Source: Octopus bimaculoides | Taxonomy: Eukaryota | DNA: 64,000 nt | Reading direction: 5' to 3' | Assembly: GCF_001194135.2 (NCBI RefSeq) | Contig: NC_068992.1 | Location: 24,155,169 to 24,219,168 of the forward strand | In this document: positions 52,985 through 64,000 of the stretch, one piece after another | Layout of the letters: the number at the start of each line of letters is the position of its first letter | How positions within the stretch are numbered: the first letter of the stretch is position 1 | Program-made: the position numbers and the translations under genes | Notes under the pieces: model-generated | Database searches by the model: none | Seen by the model: the letters and a program-made list of their open reading frames with translations, nothing else | What the model was told of the DNA's origin: nothing

Positions 52985-53325
52985 GGCAGCCCAGTGACGC
53001 CTTCCTGGCACTTGTGCCGGTGACACATGTAAAGACATTCAAGTGAGATCGATGCCAGTGCCCCTGGACTGGCTCCTGTGCAGGTGGCACATGAAATACA
53101 CCGTTTTGAGCGGGGCCGTTGCCAGTACTGCCTGACTGGCCTTCGTGCTGGCGACACGTAAATGCATCCTCTACCCTCTCAGATTGGTTGGCGTTAGGAA
53201 GGGCATCCAGCTGTAGAAACTCTGCCAAATCAGATTGGAGCCTGGTGTTGCCATCTGGTTCACCAGTCCTCAGTCAAATCTTCCAACCCATGCTAGCATG
53301 GAAAGTGGACATTAAACGACGAATG
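52985..53325 (+). mobile_element. Family R SINE
   Basis: Three modules plus full tail. Confidence 0.85.
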
Positions 53326-53334
53326 ATATATATA

Positions 53335-53470
53335 AGTCCTGGGGTCGATTTGCTCAACTAAAGGTGGTGTTCCAGCAGTGCCAAAGTCAAATGACTGAAG
53401 CAAGTAAAAGAATAAAAGAATAAAAGAATAAAAGAATAAAAGAATAAAAGAATAAAAGAATAAAAGAATA
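53335..53470 (+). repeat. Family C SINE tail with expanded (AGAATAAA)n
   Basis: CAAATGACTGAAGCAAGTAA followed by about 8 AGAATAAA units. Confidence 0.8.
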
Positions 53471-53532
53471 TATATATAAGGATTGATTATGACAGAAAAC
53501 AAACATGGGAAAGAATTATTGTGATAAATAGA

Positions 53533-53780
53533 TTAAGGCAGCAAGCTGACAGAATTATTAGTGCTTTCGGATAGAATATTGCACAAGATGTTTAGCAGTA
53601 TTTCTTCCAGCACTTCATGTTCTGAGTTCAAATTCCACCTCGGTCGATTTTGCTTTTCATCCATTTGGCGGGGTCAATAAAGTAGGAGCAAGTTGAATGC
53701 TGAGGAGGGGGAAGAGTTGACATAAATCGACCGCCTCCACACTGCTGCCGCTAAAATTGCTGGTTTTGTGCTAAAATTTG
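53533..53780 (+). mobile_element. Family M SINE
   Basis: GTTCTGAGTTCAAATTCC B box, core, tail AAAATTGCTGGTTTTGTGCTAAAATTT. Confidence 0.7.
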
Positions 53781-54349
53781 TTAGTATATTAATTAAGTAG
53801 ATAGTAAAGGAAATAGTTAATAGTTTGATAATGGTTTAGTTGAGGGAAAGGGGTTGGGAGAGGCAGAAAGGTGTAGAAGGAGAGAGGGATACTTGAAGTT
53901 AGAAGGAAGTCTGGGCAAAAAAAAAAGATTATTGGTAGATAAAAATATAGGAAAGTGTTGAGAAATAAAAATGTAAAAATTCCAATTATATTTGTGCAAA
54001 TTAATGAAACAATAAATTAATGGAATAGGTAGTGAATAAATTAGGGAAAGTTAATCAATGAAATCAATGAGAGAGAGAAAAAACAAGATTTAGGAAACAG
54101 AAATTGCTCAATAAAAATTTATACAGGAAAGTGATGACAAAACTTCATTACTGACAAAGGTAAGTGTATCAGGTCAAAGGTGAAAAATAATTATAAAAAG
54201 GGCAGAAACAATGTTGGGACGAAAGGCTGCATTTGATGGGCTTCTTTGAATACAATGATTTCTACTGAGATGCCTACATAAAGTTAGAGAAATTAAGTAA
54301 GGAATTAATAGTGGTTAAGTGTAGATATTGCTACATAGGCACAGGTGAT

Positions 54350-54512
54350 ACAGGTACAGGTATGGTGTGTAAGTAAAAAGCTTGTTTCTCAGTCACATGG
54401 TTCTTGATTCAGTCCCACTGCATGACACTTTAGGCAAGTATCTTCCATTATAACCTCGGGCCAAGTAAAGCCTTGTGAATGGATTTGGTAGCCAGAAACA
54501 GAAAGAAGCCTA

Positions 54513-54565
<53 letters not shown>

Positions 54566-54830
54566 TGCATGAGTGTATGTATGTATTATTTAAGTATGTA
54601 TGTGTGTCTGTGTTTGTTCCCCCTACTGCTTGACAACTGGTGTTAGTGTGTCTGCATCCCTGTAACTTAGTAGTTTGGCAAAAAGACACCAACAAAAGAA
54701 GCACCAGTCTTATAAAAAAAAGTAAAGTACTGAGGTTGAATCATTTGACTAAAAGTTCTTCAGAGTGGTGCCCCTGCATGGCCTCAATCTAATGATTGAA
54801 ACAAGTGAAAAATACGATAAAAATCAGAAA
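54350..54830 (+). mobile_element. Family C SINE
   Basis: Head, internal (CA)n and tail present. Confidence 0.75.
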
Positions 54831-54871
54831 GTATAGACAATAAGTTTATATATAACATAATGGGGAAAATC

Positions 54872-55029
54872 ATTATGTACATTATTTACATCTGATGGAT
54901 ATTTGTCCTCACTTCATTTGTTTACACAACGTTTCAGCTGATATACCCTCAAGCCTTCAACAGGTGTATTGGAGAAATTTCAAACCTGGGTTCTCATTCC
55001 TAAGGTATTTTTCGATGTTATTATTATTA

Positions 55030-55061
<32 letters not shown>

Positions 55062-55391
55062 GTCCAGGTCACCACTTAGAATTGAACTCAGAATCTTGGG
55101 GTTTGTAGCCCGTGCTCTTAACCACTATGCCATATGGCATTGTGGTTAAGAGCGTGAGCTACTAACCTCAAGATTCCAAGTTCGATTCCAGGCAGGGACC
55201 TGAATAGTAATAATAATAATAATAATAATTATAATAACTATGATAACATCGAAAAATACCTTAGGAATGAGAACCCAGGTTCAAAATTTCCCCAAGACAC
55301 CTGATGAAGGCTGGAGGGTATACCAGCCGAAACGTTGTGTTAACAAACAAGGTGAGGACAAATATTCATCAGATGTAAATAATGTAAATAA
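54872..55391. mobile_element. Palindromic tRNA-headed, hammerhead-bearing retroelement (copy B, both arms essentially complete)
   Basis: Arms 54872-55133 (-) and 55134-55391 (+) are inverted copies centred on the perfect palindrome ATGCCATATGGCAT (55127-55140). Each arm reads: tRNA-like A box (TGGCATTGTGG), B box (GTTCGATTCC), (TAA)n, body, CTGATGA...GAAAC motif, (GTAAATAAT)n tail. Confidence 0.85.
55296..55341 (+). ncRNA. Minimal type I hammerhead ribozyme motif (Penelope-like type)
   Basis: Stem I GACAC(55296-300)/GTGTT(55337-41); core CTGATGA(55301-07) plus an extra A; stem II GGCTGG/CCAGCC with 8-nt loop; GAAA(55329-32); palindromic ACGT stem III; GUU cleavage triplet ending at 55336. 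Structure read by eye, activity untested. Confidence 0.7.
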
Positions 55392-55394
55392 GGG

Positions 55395-55680
55395 TATTTA
55401 TTTTATTGACCTCAAAAGGATGAAAGGCAAAGATGACCCTAGTGGAACTTGAACCCAGAACATACAGATGGATTGCTTATGATTTTGCCAGGTTTCCATC
55501 TTAATGATAATAATAATAATAATGGTTTCAATTTTCAGCACAAGACCAGCAATTTTGGTGGGGGGAGGGGCTATGTTGACTACATCAACCCCATTGCTTA
55601 ACTGGTATTTATTTTATCGCCCCCAAAAGGATAAATAACGTTGACTCTAATGGCATTTGAACTCAGAATGTAAAGCAGGA
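55395..55680 (-). mobile_element. Two partial family M SINEs
   Basis: AAAAGGATGAAAGGCAAAGATGACC and CAACCCCATTGCTTAACTGGTATTT cores. Confidence 0.65.
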
Positions 55681-56539
55681 TAGAAAGTATTGTTTTACAT
55701 TCTAATAAAACATTTACTGATATTTACTGAATGGCTGCTGCTTGTTAAGTGGTTCCTCTTTATAGCTTAGTCGAGTGGACCGTTTAAGAGTTATGAAATT
55801 TGGCCATGCTAGCTTCATAATGCTAATGGTGAGACATCATTTCCCTTTAATTTCAAACTGGTCATTTCAGTTCTTAACTCAGCCACCTAAATTATTGAAA
55901 GTAGACAAAGCAATATCATTCAGTATGTCATCAGTTTTGAGTATATTGGATATGATAAATAATACTACAACACAGGTTCAAATTGAATCAACTGCAGTGT
56001 GTATATAGCATATATTATATCAATCCTGAAAGACAAGGACAATCACAAAGGAATTTGGATTCAGAATTGAGAGAAAGATAATTAAGCAATGTATAATATT
56101 TTGCTCAAGGTCATACCATTTGTCAATCTATTTGATCTATATTAAATACACAAATATACAAGGACCAGAGTTTATAGATTTAAATGGAGTTTATAGTCTG
56201 AAAGACAGATATGAATAAGAGTCATTTGGGAAATGTTTACAGAGAAAGCAATACATTTATCCTAACTTATCACTGATTCATCATTCATTTATCGAGAATA
56301 AAATAGTATGCTCAATTGCTCAATTGTGAACCATGTAATGCTTACCACAAAATGATCTGTGACAACATGGGTCAGTTACCCTAGTAACCATCCACAATGT
56401 TCAGGGTAACTTAGGGTCTCAGAATGAAACCGATTCTTTTAATATGTTCTATTATTCATTTATCTCAGATTCATTTATCGTTTTTCTTTTTTGGGGTTTT
56501 CTTGAAGCAGCCATCACAAACAAAGAGGGATGTAGTACA

Positions 56540-56835
56540 AAAATATATCATGGTACTATGGTATCGACCAAATGATCAGATGTTATACATCGCTGGTCAC
56601 AATGCACTTTGCATTGTGTTAGCTCTTGAATGATGCCGCCCCACTGACTAGGTGAACAGGCCAACATTCCTCTTGGCCGGAAGATTATTCCATCACAGGG
56701 TGACCCATTTAGAGATGAGTGGACTTAAACAATGGGAAATGAGGTGTTTTGCTCAAGAAACCAATGCACTACCTGCTCCAGGAATTGAACCCATGATCTA
56801 GCGATTGTGAGTATAATACCCTAACCATTATGACA
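56540..56835 (-). mobile_element. tRNA-derived SINE family V-related
   Basis: GGAATTGAACCCATGATC (reverse B box), TTTTGCTCAAGAAAC central segment. Confidence 0.6.
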
Positions 56836-57036
56836 CACACCTACTCAAGAAACTGTATATCACTGATACAAATATCATAAAAGAGAAATCTTAACCTATG
56901 CGCAAATTTCCTTAGAGGAAGACATTATCTAATATGTTCAAAATTAAAGATGGTAGTATGTGATCTAAGGCAAATTTAACTGTTATTTCTAGTAGTTTGA
57001 ATGAACATAGCTTTCTTTTCTTGGCTATCGGTGTTT

Positions 57037-57220
57037 AGTTCTATATTTAAGAAATGAGGAATTATGTACATTATTTACATTATTTACATTTGACAGATAT
57101 TTGTCCTCATCTTGTTTGTTGTTAGCACGTTTCAGCTGATATACCCTCCAGCCTTCATCAGGTGTCTTGGGGAAATTTCGAACCTGACTTCTCATTCTTA
57201 AGGTATTTTTCGATGTTATA

Positions 57221-57258
<38 letters not shown>

Positions 57259-57320
57259 AGAATCGAACTTGGAATCTTAGGGTTAGTAACCCGCACTCTT
57301 AACCACTACGCTATATGCCC
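57037..57320 (-). mobile_element. Solo arm of the tRNA-headed hammerhead element (copy C)
   Basis: Collinear with the left arms of copies A and B. Minus-strand CTGATGA at 57155-57161, (TAA)n, and tRNA-like head ending near 57320. Confidence 0.85.
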
Positions 57321-57659
57321 ATATGACAAATATGCGTCAAAAGTAAATACTGTATAGGTGTTTAGTTCAGATTAGCCCTAATCAAGCAGACCCATGAGGA
57401 AAAGGATTCCAGTCATGACCAACCAGTCTACTGCTACATAAAGAACTACACTGGCCACTATATACTTTGTTTAAGATAACAGGGCTGTGATCTGAGGGAG
57501 GTTTGGCTGCATTTACAGGAGATTGAGTGACCATTTAGAATCTTTTCGATATTGTTATTATTATTGGTTAAAACTTGTTGGATGTAGTGCAATAGCTATA
57601 ATCTTTACAGATCTCCCAGTCTAATGCTATTAATATCTTTAACCATTTAGCTTTTAACT

Positions 57660-58045
57660 TTTTCATGTTTTCAGTCATTAGTCTGCGGCCATGCTGGAGT
57701 ACTGCCTTGGAGAATTTTAGTTGAATGAATCAACCCCATTACTTAGTTTTCGATTTTTAAAACTGGTACTTATTCTATCAGTCTCTTTTGTTGAACTGTT
57801 AAGTTAGAGATGCAAACACACCAACACCGGTTGTCAGGCAGTACTGAGAGACAAACACAGACACAATCACACACCCACATATACAACAGGATTCTTTCAG
57901 TTTCTGTCTAGCAACTGCACTAGGGCTTTGGTCAACCTGAGACTATAGTAGAAGGCACTTACCCTAAGTACCACAGTGTGGGACTGAACCAAGTACCATG
58001 TGGTTTGGAAACAAGCTTCTTACCACACAGCTGCATCTGTGCCTA
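57660..58045 (-). mobile_element. Family C SINE
   Basis: Collinear with 10940-11350. Confidence 0.75.
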
Positions 58046-58799
58046 TAACTAATATTCAGCTTGTATTTCTAAAACATTGGACTTGAAAGAAACTAGAAGA
58101 TTATAGTTCTTTGGTGGGAAAGATTATTTTAAAAATATTTGTAGGGTTGGAGTTAGGGCAATGAAGGAAGTGTGGCAGGCATGACCTGGGCTGGGGCAGA
58201 TTGCAGTACACAGTTTACTAAACTAAAATGGCAGAGAACTGTGTATTACTTCTGATAAGGTTTCGATGAAATCCCTACAAAAGCAACATTTTTATTCTTT
58301 ACAATGTGAAAGTATCATTTAATATTTCCTCAGTAAATAAAGATCTTCAACTGTATATCAGCAGGGCAATGCCCATCATGTATCAATATGTATTAGTATT
58401 TAGTGAATGGAAATGTAGCTGCCAGAGATTTAGAATGAAGATATCAAAAGAAGACAAATTAAAACTATTTGCAATTATAATATTCATCATTATAATCTTA
58501 CATTGAAATGTTTGAGTCCGTTTTACATTTTCTGTGTATGGTTTCAATCTGTCACACAGATACTGTACAACCAATAAAGTTAATTTTACTCCCTCTTTAA
58601 TTTGTCATCTACCTAGAGAAAAAGAAAAATCCCTCCATAACAATTTTTCAATGAAAAAAGTGTTTAATTAGACACTATATTAGTATGTATATAATATATA
58701 ATCAAGCTTGCAATCAAACCTGCTTGGAATGACACAAAATCTGAGTAGATTATTAATTAGTTTCATTCCTGTAATTAAGAAAAGAAGAAGCTTAAAATA

Positions 58800-59025
58800 A
58801 CAGTTTCAAATTTTGGCACAGGCCCAGCAATTTCAAGGGCTGAGATGGGCTGAGATAAGTTGATTACAGTGCCCCTACTGAATAACTGGTACTTATTTTA
58901 TTGACCCTGAAAGGATGAAAGCAAAGTCGGCTTCATTGGAGTTTGAACTCAGAACATGAAGATGGGTGAGTTGCTGCTAAGCATTTTGTCTGGCATGCTA
59001 ACGATTCTGCCAGCTCGCTGCCTTG
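58800..59025 (-). mobile_element. Family M SINE
   Basis: Tail TTTCAAATTTTGGCACAGGCCCAGC, core, head CTGCCAGCTCGCTGCCTT. Confidence 0.8.
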
Positions 59026-60429
59026 AAGAAACTTAGAATAAGGATGTTTCTTATCACAGAGACTGAGTTTGTTAAGGAAGTTGTTGTTGCAGATTGAATT
59101 TGTTCTATGCTAGATTCCATTTTTTTTCTAATTATTTTTCATTTCTTGTTTGTATTTTAGTTGGAGCATGAAAAAATTATGTAAAGAATTGATGAGTCAT
59201 TTGGTGAGAAAAATTCAAGAGGGCCAAAATAAGAAAAACAATAATCAAGTCAGCAAAGGATTTAAGAAAAAGAAGGGAAGAAAAAAACCATAAGAATAAT
59301 GGTTATCATTTGGAGGGAAAAGGTTTAGAGGATATAAGCCGAAGAAGACCAACTTCACTGCTCGGTATATTTTGTTCAGATGTTCGAGTGGACACAGACC
59401 AGTTAAAATACGAAGCTATTGATGGGTTTGAACCTACCTTCCTGCTCTTGATCCAAAATAGCATGTAAAAGAATATTAAGGCGCATTATACTCTGTGAAG
59501 GAAGTGAGCGGACATATTTAAATAACAACCTTCAAAGAAATAAGCTGCATGTTCAGAAAACTTTGGACATGTCAGGAAAGAGAGAGGTCAAAAGAAACAG
59601 ATAAGAAAAAGAAAGAAAAAATCAAGAAATAAAAAAATTCAAGGGGGATTCAAATATAGACATTTAGAGGATAGGAAACAAAAGAAAAAAAAATAAACAG
59701 GAAAATAGAACATTAACTAGACAGAGGTAAACATTAAAAGGCCAGGAAAATGTAAGATGAGCATAAAAAGTTAAGAAAACGAAGTAAGACGGAATAAAGG
59801 TAAAGCAAAGTGAATAGAAATATGTGTAACAGTTTTGGCGGGGAATAAAAGACAAAGGATCCATAATACGGCTAAATTGCATTAGTGCCTGATTTATTTG
59901 TATTCCTCTCTTGTTTTGTGTGAATGACCTTTGCTTTTTGGTCAAGCAGAAAAGTGCTGAGTGCCACTATGGCTAAAAGGGGGTGGAGGGGAACCTAAAT
60001 CGAATGAAATTCATACAAGAGATAATAGAAAGCCAAATATTTTATCTTACAAATAATAATAATAATAATAATAATAATAATCTGTCGATATTTATATAGA
60101 TAAATGTTAAAACCTACTCAATTCAACAGCAATGCATTCTTAAATGGTTCTGTTCAACTCTTTAGGTTTCACAGAATCCTTTATAAATAAACAGATGAAA
60201 ACCTTATTTCACTAAAACTTATGAAACTTTTACTTGAAGTGTAATATAAAAATATGTGAAGTTATTCTATGGCTGATATCAGATTTAGTATGAAAGCAAA
60301 CCCTTAAATGTCTTGTTAAAAACGGAGGAAATTTCTTTTCCAGATGCATCAATAAGTATCAGTCGGGTGGATTCCAATCTGACACATCGGTAAATGAACA
60401 TGCAATTCACATGGCTCTAACTACCAACC

Positions 60430-61345
60430 TTAGCAACTAGGAAGGATATTGTCAGCTTCAAGAGCATGGTTAAATCTTTCATGTCCAAGGCTAAGAAAGA
60501 GGTGGAGGCCTCTGGTGGGAACATGCTATCTGTGTCCAGGAGAGAAAATATTAGCTGTAGTCAGATTTTGTGAGGATGTTTGCAGAGGTCAACCAGAAGG
60601 TCCAAAACATCAATTTTACAAATCAGCAATTTGATGAGGGATGTCAGTGAGCAGGTCAAAGTGGTGGAGTCCGTACATTAGGACAATAGGTACAATTTCA
60701 TGAGATGAGGAGAGAATAGTCCAGTTGGGAGAATTATATAACCAAGTCAGAGTTTCCTGAACAAGGTCTGCTCGGGTTAATCTCCAAGAAGAACTTCAGT
60801 AAGTACCAGGTGAACAGGAAGCATAACTGGTGTCTCACAGGTACCTAATAAATTACTAATACTCATGGTGAGGTCCACTAAATCCTTGTTGTTACCAATG
60901 GTTCTAGGGGTCATAAACAATGAATGCTTTATCATGGCCCTTCACTTCTTCTTGTAGCGCTTTGGGTCAAAGTGTCTGCCCATACTGAAGGGCTAGAGAT
61001 GGTAGTAAAACCTCAGATCATGAAGGTGGCCAAGAGAAGTAGAACATGCTCTAACAGAACTCTTCTCCCTTTCACATGACCCTCACTACACTGGAGAGGC
61101 TGGTGAAAAAAGCAGTCAGGATCTTGTAATCTGCTAGCTTTCATGATTTGAACATTCTGGAGTATTACAATGTCAGTGACATCATCAAGAGGGAGACCAA
61201 CTGCCAGTTACACCAACACCAAGGAATCCTTGAGGACTGCCATTGAGAATGTGATAAGTAACATGAATGAAGATCACTGGGCATGCAATTGCTTTCATGT
61301 CCATACCAAGGCTATCCTTCAGTTTGAAGGGTTTTTTTTAGTGTT
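60430..61345 (+). mobile_element. Decayed mariner-like (DD37D/maT-type) transposase remnant
   Basis: Frameshifted KEVEASGG, KNFSKYQVNRKHNW, MVLGVINNE..HFF, DLNILEYY and TKESLRTAIENVISNMNEDH follow DD37D transposase order. No clear TIRs. Confidence 0.75.
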
Positions 61346-61535
61346 TAGGTGCATGTCCGTGTGTAAATATATATAGTTTTAATGTAATGTAATATTGTGG
61401 TTCTTTGAATAACCATTGTGGCTCTACATCCAAATGCACTATGAACATCCAGTGCAGAGCAGGCAAATGGCCACAACACTGAAACAGGTGTAAGGAACAA
61501 ATAACAAACTACATGTTGTGTTTATCAAAGATATA

Positions 61536-61568
<33 letters not shown>

Positions 61569-61780
61569 NNNNNNNNNNNNNNNNNNNNNNNNNNNNNNNN
61601 NNNNNNNNNNNNNNNNNNNNNNNNNNNNNNNNNNNNNNNNNNNNNNNNNNNNNNNNNNNNNNNNNNNNNNNNNNNNNNNNNNNNNNNNNNNNNNNNNNNN
61701 NNNNNNNNNNNNNNNNNNNNNNNNNNNNNNNNNNNNNNNNNNNNNNNTATATATAGAGCAATTCCTATCAGTGCCTATAT

Positions 61781-61824
<44 letters not shown>

Positions 61825-62594
61825 TACAGAAAGCAGGCACTCTGATTCATTAGGCTCACAATAGAACCAGAAAGTCAGGTGTATTAGAATATCCATTGTA
61901 ACAAATTGCTCTATAGCTATAAGTATTACTTTCTTCCATACTAAATGCTTTTCTGTCTTTAATTGTATACAGTGTACTGTAATGTCAAACAGTGGAAACT
62001 AATAAACAGTGTAGCAGCGTTATCTATAAGTAATTAAACTAATTGTTTTCTATGTTAATGAAGTAACCGAATAGCGAAGTGTTATTTATTACTATTTAAT
62101 TGTTTCATAAATTAGCAAAGTAATCAATGCTTTCTGTTGTCTCTGTATGAAATCCATCTCTGCACGGAAGATATTCCATTGACTAGAGGAAGAATCAATC
62201 AATAAAACCTTTCTTTTTATCTTCACAATCTCCTGGGAAGGGAAAACAGCTATCTGAAACAAACAAAAATTATGGTACAATTTAATTACAAAAGTAAATT
62301 TCATTTTGTACCATTTTTATGTCTGCTATGATTTGGGCATGGGTTTCATATTTTGTTCTTTGTCTTTCTAGCAAAGATCTTCCTTGAAGTGAGATATATT
62401 CAGTGTAGATTTAGATAATAATTGTATCAACCGACGTAACATGTAATTGGATATTATTTATAAATAATCATGTACTCTTAGCTTTGATTTCAGTAGCTAT
62501 CCTTTTAATCTATCAATAGAATTTTAAGATCAAATGGCGTCCAAGTGTATATTAAATAGCATACCTGTACATAGACATATGTAAGAACAAGTAT

Positions 62595-62632
<38 letters not shown>

Positions 62633-62864
62633 TTTATATAATATGAAAGGGAATTGAGAAATCTGAGCTGTATCATTGGCCTGCACTTCTGTGGAAAGCA
62701 GCTGAGAATTGGATGCTTATGCTTAAAGGAAGCTGTTTATACAAATTGAAAACTTCAGGGACAATTTATTAGTTGCAGAGAATAATACAGTGAATTCAAG
62801 AATTGGGCTTGTGGTATGAAATATAACATGCATTCTTGAATCTACTGCATGAATATGTATCATT

Positions 62865-62994
62865 ATCATCATCATTTACCGTCCATTTTCCATGCTGGCA
62901 TGCCTTGGACGGTTTGACTGAGCTCTGGAGAGACAGCAACTGCTCCAGGCTCCAATCTGATGTGGCAATGTTTCTACAGCTAGATGCCCTTCGT

Positions 62995-62995
<1 letters not shown>
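62865..62995 (-). mobile_element. Family R tail fragment
   Basis: CCATGCTGGCATG..TTTCTACAGCTAGATGCCCTTC. Confidence 0.7.
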
Positions 62996-63028
<33 letters not shown>

Positions 63029-63393
63029 NNNNNNNNNNNNNNNNNNNNNNNNNNNNNNNNNNNNNNNNNNNNNNNNNNNNNNNNNNNNNNNNNNNNNNNN
63101 NNNNNNNNNNNNNNNNNNNNNNNNNNNNNNNNNNNNNNNNNNNNNNNNNNNNNNNNNNNNNNNNNNNNNNNNNNNNNNNNNNNNNNNNNNNNNNNNNNNN
63201 NNNNNNNNNNNNNNNNNNNNNNNNNNNNNNNNNNNNNNNNNNNNNNNNNNNNNNNNNNNNNNNNNNNNNNNNNNNNNNNNNNNNNNNNNNNNNNNNNNNN
63301 NNNNNNNNNNNNNNNNNNNNNNNNNNNNNNNNNNNNNNNNNNNNNNNNNNNNNNNNNNNATATAGACAGTGTATATGCATATATATATATGTA

Positions 63394-63424
<31 letters not shown>

Positions 63425-63519
63425 GTATTTATATATATGCATATGTATATGTATATATATATGTGTGTATATATATATGTATTTATATATATGCATATGT
63501 ATATGTGTGTGTGTGTATG

Positions 63520-63550
<31 letters not shown>

Positions 63551-64000
63551 ATATATATAAGCATGTATGTGTATATATATACATATATATATATACATGT
63601 ATATATGCATGTATGTATACATGCATATTTTTACATGGCTGAGTCAAAATAGGAATAGGATGTGCCCATAACCTTTTATGTAAAGTTCTATGGACATATG
63701 AGAAAGGTGAGTGAAACGGAGAAATACAGTACAAACCATGAGTTACCTTCAAACTTGAGATCTGGTCTAAATGCTTGTAAAAGAGTGGACTTCACTAAAG
63801 GCACCCAGAGGGCAAGTGGTGGTGTTAAACCAACCAACATTTTCAATCTATCACACAAGAAGAAAACAATCTGATGAGTTTCCACATAATTTCTGCCTAA
63901 TTTCACTCGTTAGCTTAAGTTTTGATACAAAGTGATGTTAGAATGTATATATGTCCAAGCTTCCATGCAATATGGATTCAAACTGGAACCAAGTGATTGA

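Noticed and set aside
22531-53361. Recurring peptide MKPDG.TRLQSDLAEFLQLDALP.ANH (22531, 30303, 42445, 52953)
   Set aside because: Antisense reading of the non-coding family R SINE tail; it recurs because the SINE recurs.
55134-55200. tRNA-like heads of the SINEs as real tRNA genes
   Set aside because: A and B boxes are present but no complete acceptor stem, and each is fused to a repeat body.
58251-58290. CTGATAAGG..GAAA hammerhead-like string
   Set aside because: Core G8 missing and geometry wrong.
12123-63642. Long ORFs in the track containing X runs or YIYI/HTHT/CVCV repeats
   Set aside because: Translations of N gaps and dinucleotide microsatellites.

Overview
AT-rich, microsatellite-dense animal DNA from a gapped draft assembly (11 N-runs, mostly flanked by (TA)n/(CA)n). 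The SINE families look like those of an octopus-type cephalopod; this is inferred from repeat content only. No host protein-coding gene can be supported, and the supplied ORFs are microsatellite, N-run or repeat artefacts. The window holds about 50 SINE copies in four families, three decayed RTE-clade LINE fragments, two Tc1/mariner remnants, two MITE-like elements and a probable Gypsy-type LTR with a primer-binding site. The most interesting item is a roughly 520-bp palindromic retroelement (two copies plus one solo arm). In it, two tRNA-like Pol III heads diverge head-to-head, and each arm ends in a minimal type I hammerhead ribozyme motif of the Penelope-like kind. One copy has a target-site duplication, showing that the palindrome inserted as a unit. 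A second repeat family ends in a variant hammerhead-like motif. Most repeat boundaries are approximate (within about 20 nt).
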